This document shows, in pieces, positions 12,901 to 27,350 of a stretch of 64,000 nucleotides of DNA. A program made the position numbers and the translations under genes. How positions within the stretch are numbered: position 1 is the first letter of the stretch; each line of letters opens with the position of its first letter. The DNA comes from the human T2T-CHM13v2.0 reference genome, Homo sapiens: the NCBI RefSeq assembly GCF_009914755.1, contig NC_060939.1, one strand, 5' to 3'. The notes beneath the pieces are model-generated. The model made no database searches. It was not told the DNA's origin and was given only the letters and a program-made list of their open reading frames with translations.

Positions 12901-13860
12901 GCTCGCTACTCCACCCGCTGGCTCTAAATGGCAGCCTGTCTGTCTTTACATACCTGCCTATGCACTGTTTCTGCAATGCAGGCCCCTCTGCCAGTACAAC
13001 TTTACTTTTTGTTCCAATTCTGGAAATCTCTTAGCGTTTCTAAATTCCAGAACAGGAGCTCCTGCTCATCCTCATACCATAAGCCCATAGGCTGTAATCC
13101 ACACCATCCTGGGTGGGTGGGCGGGCAGGTGAAAGACAGGCGGGACTGGCCCCACTGGTGCGATTCGAAATGGCATTCGACACTGACCCATTTACACAAT
13201 GTGGCATGTGGCAGCCCTGTTTCATTTTAACCACAGCCTCAACTGGCTAAGTACTAGGTTGCAAAAGGCTGGAGCCTGCACACTGTCCCAAGTCAGATTC
13301 TGTACTGCCCAAGCCTCCCTTAGCCTGGACAGGGCCGGAAGAGGTAAGCAAGGCCCTCCTACATGAAACAGCATCCCCAGCATAGCATTTCTAGCACACG
13401 GTCTTCCACAGGGCTCGGTTCATTAAGCCCCACAGCAGCTCCCCCTCCCTGACACAGTTCCTAACCCAGCCTACGTGTGTGGTGACAGCGACACAGGAAG
13501 TTGTTCTCACCGCTGCAGCAGTGACACAGGAAGTTGTTCTCACCGCTGCAGCAGTGACACAGGAAGTTGTTCTCACCGCTGCAGCAGTGACACAGGAAGT
13601 TGTTCTCACCGCTGCAGCAGTGACACAGGAAGTTGTTCTCACCGCTGCAGCAGTGACACAGGAAGTTGTTCTCACCGCTGCAGCAGTGACACAGGAAGTT
13701 GTTCTCACCACTGCAGGTGCAGAAAACAAGCCTGGTGAGGAACCTCTGACTCTCCTCAGCTCCTTAGGGTCCAGTTACAGCCACATTCCGACCACAAAGG
13801 AATCCGAGCACTTTAACCACCAAGTGGTGCACTGAGATTGGCTGGGGTTGTGATGACGGT
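12900..13860. promoter_or_regulatory. Putative intronic bidirectional promoter
   Basis: Divergent splice donors (minus strand 12890 and 12953; plus strand 13859) flank an ETS-motif VNTR; an intronic PCSK6 promoter has been reported (recall); TSS not visible. Confidence 0.5.
13488..13716. repeat. 33-bp minisatellite (VNTR), ~7 copies of GTGACACAGGAAGTTGTTCTCACCGCTGCAGCA
   Basis: Direct reading; ORFs show an 11-aa period; consistent with the known 33-bp intronic PCSK6 VNTR. Confidence 0.97.
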
Positions 13861-14164
13861 AGGACAGGGACCAAGGGCTCTAGAGGCTATCATTTGAGTT
13901 GAAGTTTATTTCAATTATAGAGGATGTCTCCAAAAACACCCACAAAAGGCCTGGTCACCAAAACTGGATTTTTATTTTCAGATATAGTTTTGGTGGGACA
14001 AACAAGAGGGGCTGCTCCACACTCAGGGTCAGTGGTGTGCACTGTGTGGAAAAAGAGAGCAGGAAGAATTCCCAGGGACCCAGCAGACAGGCAGCCTCAT
14101 GGGAGGAGGCTGGACTGGAATGGAAGAGAGACTTCATTTTTATTACACTCTCTGTTTGACTTTA

Positions 14165-14479
14165 TGTGTGTGTGTGTGTATGTGTGTATGTGTGTATTTA
14201 GACAGGGTCTCACTCTGTTGCCTAGGCTGGAGTACAGTGGTACGATCATGGCTCACTGCAGCCCCAACTTCCCAGGCTCAAGCCATCCTCCCACCTCAGC
14301 ATCCCAAGTGGCTAGGACTACAGGTGTGCACCACCACGCCCGGCTACTTTTTGTATTTTTGGTAGAGATAGAGTTTCACTATGTTTCTCAGGCTGGTCTC
14401 AAACTCCTGAGCTCAAGCGATCCTCCCACGTTGGCCTCCCAAAGTGTAGGATTTACTGGTGTGAGCCACGCGCCCAGCC
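14165..14479 (-). mobile_element. Alu (J-like) with (TG)n-converted tail
   Basis: Antisense Alu; TSD CTGTTTGACTTT on both sides. Confidence 0.93.
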
Positions 14480-14963
14480 TGTTTGACTTTTTGTTAAAAC
14501 CACAACATATGTTACCTGTTCATATATAAACATTAAAACTTTTTAAAAGTTTAATGTTTAAAATCTATGAATAAAGTGGTTGTATGGTCAAAAAACCCCA
14601 TTAAAAAGCAGTAGTACTCGGGGTTTTGATTTTTGTCTCTGAATAAGTAATATACAAGGATGGCTCAGAAATGCAAAAGTATAAAAGTGCATATGACGAA
14701 GTCTCCCTCCCCATTGGCAATGTTGGTTCCCCGTTTCTTGTGTATCATTTCTGAAGCATTTTATTCTTATTCAAGCAAATATGAACATATGTTTCCCCAT
14801 CCTTTTTGGTAACACACCTGCTAGCACTTTCTGCACCTTGAGTTTTCCATTAACAGTGTATCCTTATGATCCTTCCATGGCTGCACAGGAGAGATGTAGT
14901 GTTGTTTACTTAAACAATCCCCTACTCATGGACGTTTAGGTTGTTTATAAACTTTGGCAATTA

Positions 14964-15304
14964 TAGTCATGTGTAGCTTAACTATGGGGATACCTCCTGA
15001 GAAATGCAGGTGATTTTGTTGTTTTGTGAATACCATAGAGTGTGCTTACACAAACCTAGATGGTACCCCTACTCCACACCTAGGCTATAGGGTACAGCCT
15101 GCGGCTCCCAGGCCACAAACCTGTGCAGGATGGTGCTGTATGGAATACTGTAGGCAACTGTAACACAATGATAAGTGTTTGTGTACCTAAACACACCTAA
15201 ACATAAAAAGGGTACAGTCAAAATACGACATTAGAATCTTATGCAATGACTATTGAATATGGGGTCTGCTACTGATGGAAATGTCATTTTGCAGCACACG
15301 ACTA
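14964..15304. mobile_element. Tigger3a-like DNA transposon
   Basis: AGTCATGTGTAGCTTAAC...CACAAACCTAGATGGTA...GCAGCACACGACT resembles Tigger3 family. Confidence 0.8.
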
Positions 15305-16191
15305 CACAAATAGTGCTCTATCCTTGGTCACATAGGGAGCAACTACTTGAGGTGAGCAGAGCAAGGGCCCTGGAACAACAGGGTCTGGAACCTGGCTTTG
15401 CCCCTGCTAGCAAATTACTTCATCTCTGTTCTTTAGTTTCCTCATTTGTAACGTGGGGATAATAATAACGTCTCCGAATGTCTACCTCACAGGGTTGCTT
15501 TGGAGATTAAATGACTTCATGATGGTAAAGCACTTAGAATAGAGACTGGCACGCAGGAGCTGTCCATTAAGGGAAACCTACTGCACACGTCATTTCAGCT
15601 GTGTGCATGTGTACCTGTAGGCTACATTACTAGACGTAAAACTCGTCACACGTCACATGTCACACGTCAAAAGGAACGGGCTCCCTTGCAGCCTGCAGCT
15701 ATGGCTTACATTGCCAATCCGATAACTCAGAAAGGTTAACGTCGCATTTCTCTCATTATATGAGAAACGGAGCATCCTTTTCATATAATTAAGAGCAAGA
15801 CAAATTTCTGATTTGATAAAATTAAAAGCAATTTATAAACTTGTAAATTTACCAAAGATATTTGCTAGGAACAAGGGATGAGACGTCTAAGATGCATAGA
15901 AGCAGATCTTAGCTGCATTTGTAACAAGGGCCAGTGGAATGAAATGGTGTTTTGCTCACACATGGTTTGTATTTTTGTTCTTTCTCTCGATCTGCAAGAT
16001 ACTCATGACAGCCTATGAGGGGCCAGGCACTGAGCTAACAACCTGCGGAGCTGAGAGCTGGGAGCTCCAAAAACGCCAGCAGGGAAGAAGCAGTGGGACC
16101 AAAGCAACCCCTTCCTGCATGTGCCTCCAAAAGAGACCTTTCCTTTTCTAATAGGTGCGATTTGTGACACTTGACCTAAGGTTAGGTTTAG

Positions 16192-16513
<322 letters not shown>

Positions 16514-18841
16514 TATCTCCCCTTTCTAGTACTTAAATGCTTTTTTCACTTTCTCAACCAAGGGAGTCACTTTGGTTTTCCTGCCTTTGGAAGACGTAAA
16601 AATGAGAATTCCATACCTATGGCATAAAGTGTATGGCATAAATTTGAAGAGTGATTCTTTTTTAAAATTACTTTTTCCCTAGTTAGAATAAAAATTATTA
16701 AATGTTGAGATATTTAAAGAAAAATAAAAATAAATCACCTATAACTCTTTTGGCATATTTCCTCCTGGGCTCTTTCCTATGCATGTGTATTTCTTGCATA
16801 GTTGAAAACACACAGCACCCTGTTTTCTCTTTCTTTTTCCACTTAGCATTATATCATGTTAATCGCATTCGACGTTATTTATTTTCTTGTTCACTGTTTT
16901 CTCTTCCTTCAGCCTAGAGGCATCACGGGGGCAGGGAACATGTCTCTCTTGTTTGGTGCATTAGCTTCAGTGTGTAGCAACTTTTGGGCACACAGTAGGT
17001 ACTCAATAAATGTTTGCTGAATGAATGAATCTGTTAAAACATTTTTTTTTACAGCAAAATACTTCACCCTGTGAACGTGACCATTTGTTTAACAACCTCT
17101 TATGATAGGTTATGACAGAACGTTTAGTCCAGTTCCCTTTTTTGAAATACATAAATCTGACAGAAATATTACTTGATGCAGTCTGGATTACTTTTTCCCA
17201 ATAGAGTCCCGAAAGTGGAACCACTGGGTCAGGTGATACAACACGTTAATGTCTTATCTTGAACTGTAAACTTATGTCTATCATGAACGGCAATGCCACA
17301 TGATCCCGCCACAGTGTTTGGTGTCCCATGAGGCTTGACTGCAAAATACCCAGGCGAGGGACCACAGGCCACCTGGGCAAATCAGTTACTTGATAAGAAT
17401 CACCCCCTCTACACAGTCCCTTCTCCAAACCACAGCCCAAGCTTAACTGAGGCAGGAGAGTCAGATGCTTATGGGTGACTTAGGATAACAGACTAAGGCA
17501 GAGACACACAGGAATGAGCTTCTTGGAGGCTTTAGTTTTCAGGAGGCATCCACCTCCTCTCATTGCGTCCACAGTGTCGGCCCCCCACAGCAGCAGCACT
17601 TGTGCCAGGACAGGCTCCCCAGGCCGGCCCCTCCACACTCAGTCACCCCCAAGAGGCCACATTCTCTTTGGGAAGGTAAGCCACATGGGTGCAGGAGAAG
17701 CAAGGAGGAAGAACAGGCAGATGTGTCCAGGGACACCCCAGGCCAGACCAGGGTCTACACTCAACAGAACTGCCACCCAGAGGCAGTCAGATTTTAGAAT
17801 GTTGACCCTGCTTTCGGCAAACCACTTAGCAAGAATGTGTTATTTACTATTCAAGATACTCTACAAGCCTGTTCAAGTTTACTGTTGTACATACCCAACT
17901 AGCACCATGAGTTCCTTAGTTTCTAAAAGGAGGGGGTCTTAAAAGATGCCCAATCAAATTTTTTGCCATCAGATTCCTGAGCCTGTAGAAGAATCACAAA
18001 TCCACCTGTTTAAACACTTGGGCCAGCACTGCCAGCAGGCTGCCTCCAGATGTCAACAATGAAGGCCAGGGAATGTCATTGTGAGAGGCAGAGGATAATC
18101 CACAGCTAGTGCCAACTGAGGCTGCCAGTAAATGGATTTATCATCATTCACTATCTTCAATGCAGTATTTCCCCTCAATGAATTAAATTCATAATGAACA
18201 AACAGGATTATTCCCATTATGCAAAGAAAGAACCAGAATTAAGGGGAGACTATGGTTGAATTTGCCAACAGGAAAGTACCAGCAATAATGAAGCTTTCCT
18301 ATGCCTGGCATTTTGAGTTAAGCATTAAAATCCTTGTGAAGGAAATTTACAATTGGAGACAAAGCAAGTAGGGGTGGGGGAAAGTTCTATTAGATTAAGG
18401 ACTCTGAGCTAATACTTTTGGATTCCTGGGTTTTCCTGGCTATAGGAGAAGTTATTAACAATATAGAGTTTAATTAATTCTCCCCCTATGTCCCCATACT
18501 TAAAATATGCAGGAAGAAATTCCTTAATTGAAACACAGTGAAGTAAGAGAGCCCTAGAAAAATCACGTAAATATGTTTCAGTTTAAAACACCAGTGGAAG
18601 TTTCTTCCTTCTGAGATTTGGTGAACCAGCCACCCATGGCTATGTTCAAGTTACAAAGGTTAATGCAGAGGTTTGGGCGGAAGGAATAAAAAAGCTTACT
18701 TCCATCCATTTATAAAAATATACAAAAACACCCCTATAATTCACATACTGAATACTCCTATAATTTACTCCTTAAAAGGGGTGAATTTCACAGTATGTGA
18801 ATTATATCTCAATAAAGCTATTATTAAAAATACCGTGTAGG

Positions 18842-19145
18842 GGCCAGGCACAGTAGCTCACGCTTGTGATCGCAGAGCTTTGGGAGGCTGATGTGGGAGG
18901 ATCTCTTGAGGCCAGGAGTTCGAGACCAGCCTGGCAACATAGTGAGACTCCGTTTCTACAAAAAATAAAATAGAAAAATTAGCCAGGCATGGTGGTGTGT
19001 CCTTGTAGTCCTATCCATTCAGGAGGCTGAGTTGGGAGGATTGCTAGAGCCCAAGAGTTGGAGGCTGCAGTGAGCCGTGATTGCACACTACATTCCAGCC
19101 TGGGTGACAGAGCAAGACCCTTTCTCAATATATATATATATATAA
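18842..19145 (+). mobile_element. Alu (J-like) with (TA)n tail
   Basis: Alu consensus. Confidence 0.93.
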
Positions 19146-20114
19146 AATTACACATACACACAGTAATTTTTTGTGTATATTGTATGTATATGTATACACA
19201 CACAAACAGAAATATCAACCTTTACTCAATAAACACATTATTAAAATACACTTTAAGTTCACATTATGGCAAGTAAGAGAAAGGTAAAAAGGAATTTAGG
19301 AATGGCTTGGAAAGGAGGATAAGAAAAAGAGTACATATATGTGTGCTCCCCATGTACACACACGTCCATGGATGCACATGGACATGTGTGCACAAGGCAC
19401 CCATAACATGCACACCCACACTCACGTACTTACCTGAGCACACACACATACACACATGAACTCTCAGACCCAGGCTAAGAAAGGGGAGATACAAGGCTTC
19501 CCTGTGCTCCTATAGCCACAAAAACCCTGAAAGATGGTATTTTAAATGCCAGGAAAAGGATCGAAGAATCCTAAACAAATATCCTTTCGGGAAAGAATGA
19601 TCACCTGTGAGTACAATGGACAACACAGCACTTTTCTTAATGGCATCTATAAGGTCATTCTATCTTTTAAGATGCTCCAGCTTTTCCAAAGTAATAAATT
19701 AAATGTCTGGAAAGTCAAAAACTCTTACAAGGTTTATAACAAAGAAAGCAGTCCTCCTTCACTCCATTCTACCTCTTGGAGTCCCCCTGACTCCCCACCT
19801 CTTTTTAACACTTTGAGTTATTTTTCTGGCATTTGCCCTTACATTGCTAGACAAAAATACTCATATGCTATGTCCTGGTTTCTTGATGTTAGACATTGTC
19901 CAGTGATGTCTCACCTAGGAAGCTGAGAATTCAGTTCTCTTACACTATCTTCCACATACTCACATGATCCCTCTCCCGCCCCCACCTCCCAATGTTCTAA
20001 CAAAATTTCTTACTGGGTCCAATATTTATTGTCTTTCCCCCACCACCCTTTCATTTTCTGGGAGATTTCCTCAAGTTTATCTTCTAACATATCTATTGAA
20101 TTTTGAATTTTTGA

Positions 20115-20773
<659 letters not shown>

Positions 20774-21064
20774 TAAAAATTTGGTATTTTTAAAGTGCTG
20801 GAATAAATACTCCCAACCCAGAATTCTATATCCAGTGAAAATACCATTCAAAAATGGGTTGAAGTAAAGACATTTTCAAAGAAAACAAAGCTGAGCAAAG
20901 TCCTTGCCAGAAGCCCAGTTTGATAAGAAATGGTAAAGGATGTGTTTCAGGCTAAGGGAAATGATAGCAGATGAAAATTCAGATCTACAGGAAAGAATAA
21001 AGAGCACTAGAAATGGTAAACATGTCAGTAAACACACTGAAGAGTAGCTGTTTCCCTTAATTTA

Positions 21065-21457
<393 letters not shown>

Positions 21458-21825
21458 TTACAGCACAAATGAGGAAGTGGAGGGGGATGGAATTACACTG
21501 TTATTAGATCCTTTTATTTGAGAAGTGTAAAGCTGTTCAATATTAATTCTAAGTAAAGTGTAATAAATTAAGGATGCATATTGTAATCCCTAGAGCACCA
21601 CTCAAAGTACAGCTAAAAAGCCAATAGAGGAGATAAAGTGGAATGCTGACAAATATTTGATTAATCTAAAACAAGGCAGGAAAAGAGGAACAGAGTATTT
21701 CATCTTTTTAATACTGTTGGATTTAGTTTTCTTGATATTGGGCTTAGAATTTTTGTATTTATGTTCTTGAGTGAGATTGGCTGAAAATTCTCCATTCTCA
21801 TATGTGCTCTTGGGATTTGGTATCA

Positions 21826-22155
<330 letters not shown>

Positions 22156-22820
22156 TCAACAAAGTGGGGACTGTTTCCCTATTTTTCTACTATCTAGAAG
22201 AATTTACAGAACACTGACATTATTTCTTCCATTTAAATGTTTGGCAGAATTTGCTGGTAAATTGCTCTGGCCTTGAGTTTTCTTTTAAATTATAGAATCA
22301 ATTTCTTTAATAGGACAATTTTAATTTTATGTAAACGTGTCAATTTTGTTAAGTTGTATTTTTTCTTGGAATTTGTTCATTTCACTTAGAATTCCTTTGT
22401 CACATAATTTTAATGTACATAGGATCTATAATCATGCGTTTTTCATTCCTGAAATCATATAGTTTCAGCTTTTTCCTTGGTCTACTTACAAGTTTATCAA
22501 TTTTATTAGTTTCTTTCAAGAACCAGCTTATGGCATTTTAATTTTCTCTACATATGTTTGTTTTCTATTTTGTTAATTTCTGCTATTTTAAAAATTCCTT
22601 CTTTCTTCATTCTTTATGTTGTTGGTTTTTTTCTATCATCTTAAGTTGGATGCTTAGCACATTAATTTTCAGGATTTTCTCTTTTCTGATATATGCAATT
22701 ACAGCCATAAAGTTGTCTAACTACAGCTTTAGCTGTATCTTCCTTATTTGAATATGTAGTATTTTTATTATCATCCAGTTTTAAGTATTTTCTAATATAA
22801 ATTATGTTTTTTTCTTTTAA

Positions 22821-23333
<513 letters not shown>

Positions 23334-23872
23334 TTATTCTGTTGTTCGGCACAGTGTTCCAATATGTCCATTTGACCTAAATTGTCAATTGAGATATTTG
23401 CATCTTCTATTATTATGAATTTTTGCTGTTTTATCTATCAAATATATCCGAGGTATGCTAAATCTCTCCCTCCTGTGTGAGTTTGTCATTTTCTCTTTGT
23501 AGTTTTAACAAGTTTTTGCTCTATATGTATTTTAAGGCTGTGTTATAAATTGCATAAAAGATTAGAGGTGGAACTTTTAGAACTGAACTAAACCTTTTAC
23601 CAATATGTATAGACCCTCTACATATTGATACATACACAGAGCTACATATGAAGCTCCAATAACGCTTTTTGCCATAACATTTCTGTTTGGCTGATGAAGG
23701 ACTGGAGAATCACTAACTCATAAATAAATATCTCCTCCCTCCCTCCTCTCCTGCTGGAGTTTCCCCTTGGCTGAACTCAACTATAAGCCACAGGCAAGGG
23801 AGTCTGTGGGGTGGAGGAGTGGAGAATGGATCTGGTGGGTAAATGAAATATACCTGGCACTACAGAAAATAC

Positions 23873-24140
23873 TTTTTTTTAATTTGTATTTTTTGAGATG
23901 GAGTCTCACTGTCGCCCAGGCTGGAGGGCACTGGCATGATCTTGGCTCATTCCAACCTCTGCCTTCTAGGTTCCAGTGATCCTCCTGCCTCAGCCTCTTG
24001 AGTAGCTGGGACTACTATTAGGCACACACCACCACATGCGGCTAATTTTTGTATTTTTAGTAGAGACGAGGTTTCACCATGTAGGCCAGGCTGCTCTTGA
24101 ATGCCTGACTTCAAGTGATCCGCCCACCTCAGCCTCCCAA
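23873..24140 (-). mobile_element. Alu, 5'-truncated
   Basis: Antisense Alu consensus. Confidence 0.9.
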
Positions 24141-24888
24141 ATACATTTTTAAATACATTTTTTAAAAAAATCCAATATGACAATTTTTGTCTCTCAAGGG
24201 GAGCAACGAGTCTGTATGCCTTTAGTGAAACTACTGAAGTTATTGGACTTGTTTGTAAGCACTTGTTTTGTGGGTTCTAGTTACACAGCTTTGTCTGTGT
24301 CTCCTTTCCTTGGGTGCCCCTGAGGTCCCAGTGTTATGTGGTCTGCTAGGTGGGCTCCACAGATGAAGCAGATGCCTTCAAGCAAAAGCCGGACCATGAT
24401 TCTGTTCACCTCTTTGGCTGTGAACATTTCAACCAACATTTAAAATTCTTTTCTGTGGGAGGGAGATTTCAAGACACTTGTCTTCTCTGTTGTTGGAAAT
24501 AAAAGTCCACGACATCTTTTAACATTTTGATCTTGACTTTGTTTTGGAGTAATTTGTTAGCAACTTAGAAAAAGTTTTATATATCTTTTATTTATTTTTT
24601 AGAGACACTAATATTTAGACTGAAAAAAAGGCAAACAGATTATGAAGAAAATAAAATCAAACAAATTGGGACTTTTTTAAAAAAGGAAATAATTATCAAA
24701 ACTCTGGAGGGGAAATTTAAAATTATTTTTAAAAAGTCAAAAGTGAAACAGCAGGCCAGAAAAAAAATTTATATGAATTACGACACACACAGGGTTATTA
24801 CACCAATATTTTACCAATATTTTACACAGACTACATACTTATCAGCTTGATAGCAACACTGAGCGCTCTCGCGAAAGACAAAAGGGAA

Positions 24889-25186
<298 letters not shown>

Positions 25187-26945
25187 GAAAGGGCAATTTT
25201 CAAAAGAAAAAACACAGTGCACAAACATTTGAAAAAAGGTTCACCTTTGTTAGTAATGATCACAATGTAAGTTAAGGAAGGGTATCATCTACCTCCTCCA
25301 GAACTGCCCACTCCTGGTAAGACTACAAATCAGTTCAACTATTTCGAAAAGCAAATTGGCAATATGTATCAAAGGCAGGCATATTTGTGGTTTCCACCTC
25401 TTATTTATCCCAGTAATTTTACTTCTGGTGAATAATCCCAAAGAAATAATTTTAAATTCAGGAGAAGGCTTTTTGTACTAAGCTGTCCGCTCATAATAGG
25501 AAAAAATGGAAAGCAATCTACATGTCCAACAATAGAGAGATGCTTAAATAAATTATGGTGCTTCTGTTGGTGAAGTATTATAAAAATCTATAAAATGCTG
25601 CTTACAAAGGATATTTAATGACATAGAAACATGCTTGCTATGCAAGTAACAAAAAGAAAGAACAAGTTATACATGCAGCACAGTTAGGACTCTGTGAAAT
25701 GTCAGGGGAGAAAAAGACCAAGTAGAAATGCCTGTAGAGACGTAGTTTGAACACGAAGTGTTTCTGGAAATAAGTAATAAAGTCAAATGTTCGAAAATCA
25801 AACACACTTATCTATTCTGGGGCGAACCTGGCTGCCAGAATGCCGAACCATGCAGGCAACAGGAATGCCCAAGCGTACCTCATTCCTAAAACTGAGGGCA
25901 AATCTGGGAAAGGGGTTTCAAGAGAGCTCTCCCTCTTCCTCAGATCTGTCATTTTCATTTTCATCAATGTTTAGTATTTTATTTGCAAAAATTAGCTATG
26001 AGGTGAGACAAAGGTCATCTTTTTGTTATGCTTTCTACTGGAGATACAGAACCGACTAAACAATACTGTGATTCATAAATGTGCACAGCAGCAGTTGGTT
26101 GCATTTCTCCCCGAGATAAGTGGGGATACATACTTCTTTTTTTCTCAAACGAGGAGAGTTTTGGGGAAAGGCGTCACTGTCACGGCCCCGTGAAAGAGAA
26201 AAGGAGGTAAAGAGATTGACTGCAATATTAATGCAAATGGGGTTAAAAATGGAACTTTTTGACAACAGTGTGTATGGTGACTGTTTGGAGAGTGTGCCAA
26301 GTTCTTCAGCTCTGTTTCCAAGGAAGTGGGAGTGATACTCTATAATTGCACTTTCCAGAAATGAGAGTTTAGTGACAAACTTGAAAGCCGGCACAGAAGG
26401 CATGTGCTTTAAATCTGTCTTCCTTTCTAGCATCAAGCACAGGATAGATTGAGCCATCGAACACAGATTGCAAAATCTCAACTCTTATCTTAGAAATGAA
26501 GATTAGCTCAAAAGAGATGTCAATAAAACACAGATCAAGATGGCTAGCAATAAAATGAGAACAGTTATGGTCTTGGGAAAAAAGACATTGTTGAAAGGGC
26601 CACTGAAAGGAAATCAAGAATTCATGGAACTTTTTAGGATGAATAAAGGGAAAACATGGTCACACAGAAGAGACTAATCTCTTCCCCTTCATTAAACATT
26701 TTACTGAGTATGTACAGCTGAAGACAGAACTGGTTAAAATTATGTAAGCTCTTGATTTAAACAAGGTTCATGCTTGCACGCACACGCATTCATGCAGTCA
26801 ATCAACAACTGCTTGTGAGCCATGTCCAAAGTGCTGAGCCTCTGGGGGCGGGAGCTGAGAGATCCAGCTCTGGACTTCCAAAGGCAGCCAAAGTTCTAAA
26901 TGTGGTGGCTTTGGTCATCTGTCCCTCTGCAGTATTTCACAGAGA

Positions 26946-27000
26946 TTACCAAAGCTCTTGTTCAATCTGCCACCGGAACACGTGTTTTAGTCCAGGTTCC
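26946..27000 (-). CDS. PCSK6: Alternative terminal exon coding part: EPGLKHVFRWQIEQELW-stop (PACE4C frame) or (G)NLD-stop (PACE4CS frame)
   Basis: ttttccag acceptor; TAA at 26948-26946 in one frame and at 26989-26987 in the other; both match recalled isoform ends. Confidence 0.82.
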
Positions 27001-27350
27001 CTGGAAAACAAGGGACTGAAGTGAAGCCCATGGGCTGAAGCTTTATTGGGAGGTGCAATCCCAGGGCAACAGGAGTGGAGGGCAGCAGGAGGAAGCGCCC
27101 GGGGTTGACAAATGGAAGGAGCTGTGTTTCAAGCTGGCTGCAGCTCCACAAAGAAACGGGGTGGTTGCTTAGCTGGGGGAAGTCTTCCAAACAGGCCTTG
27201 TGAGACCAATGTGCCCTCAGACAGGAAGGGCATACACTTTATGTCCTGTCTTTCCTTGGGTAAACCTTCCTTCTGGGTTGTGTTACCTGCCCCCTCCAGG
27301 CAGCCAGATGCTGGGGAGGCCTGATACCCAGCCTCACCTGGAAGTGGAGG
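26983..27350 (-). mobile_element. Probable old ERVL-type solo LTR fragment
   Basis: TGTTTTAGTCCAGGTTCCCTGGAAA...TTTATTGGGAGGTGC resembles the reverse complement of ERVL LTR U5/polyA ends; far boundary uncertain. Confidence 0.5.

Noticed and set aside
13488-13716. Regular repeats as a CRISPR array or repeat protein (VTQEVVLTAAA)n
   Set aside because: Head-to-tail units with no spacers, no cas genes and a human intronic context; ORFs are open on both strands only because the unit is 33 nt and stop-poor
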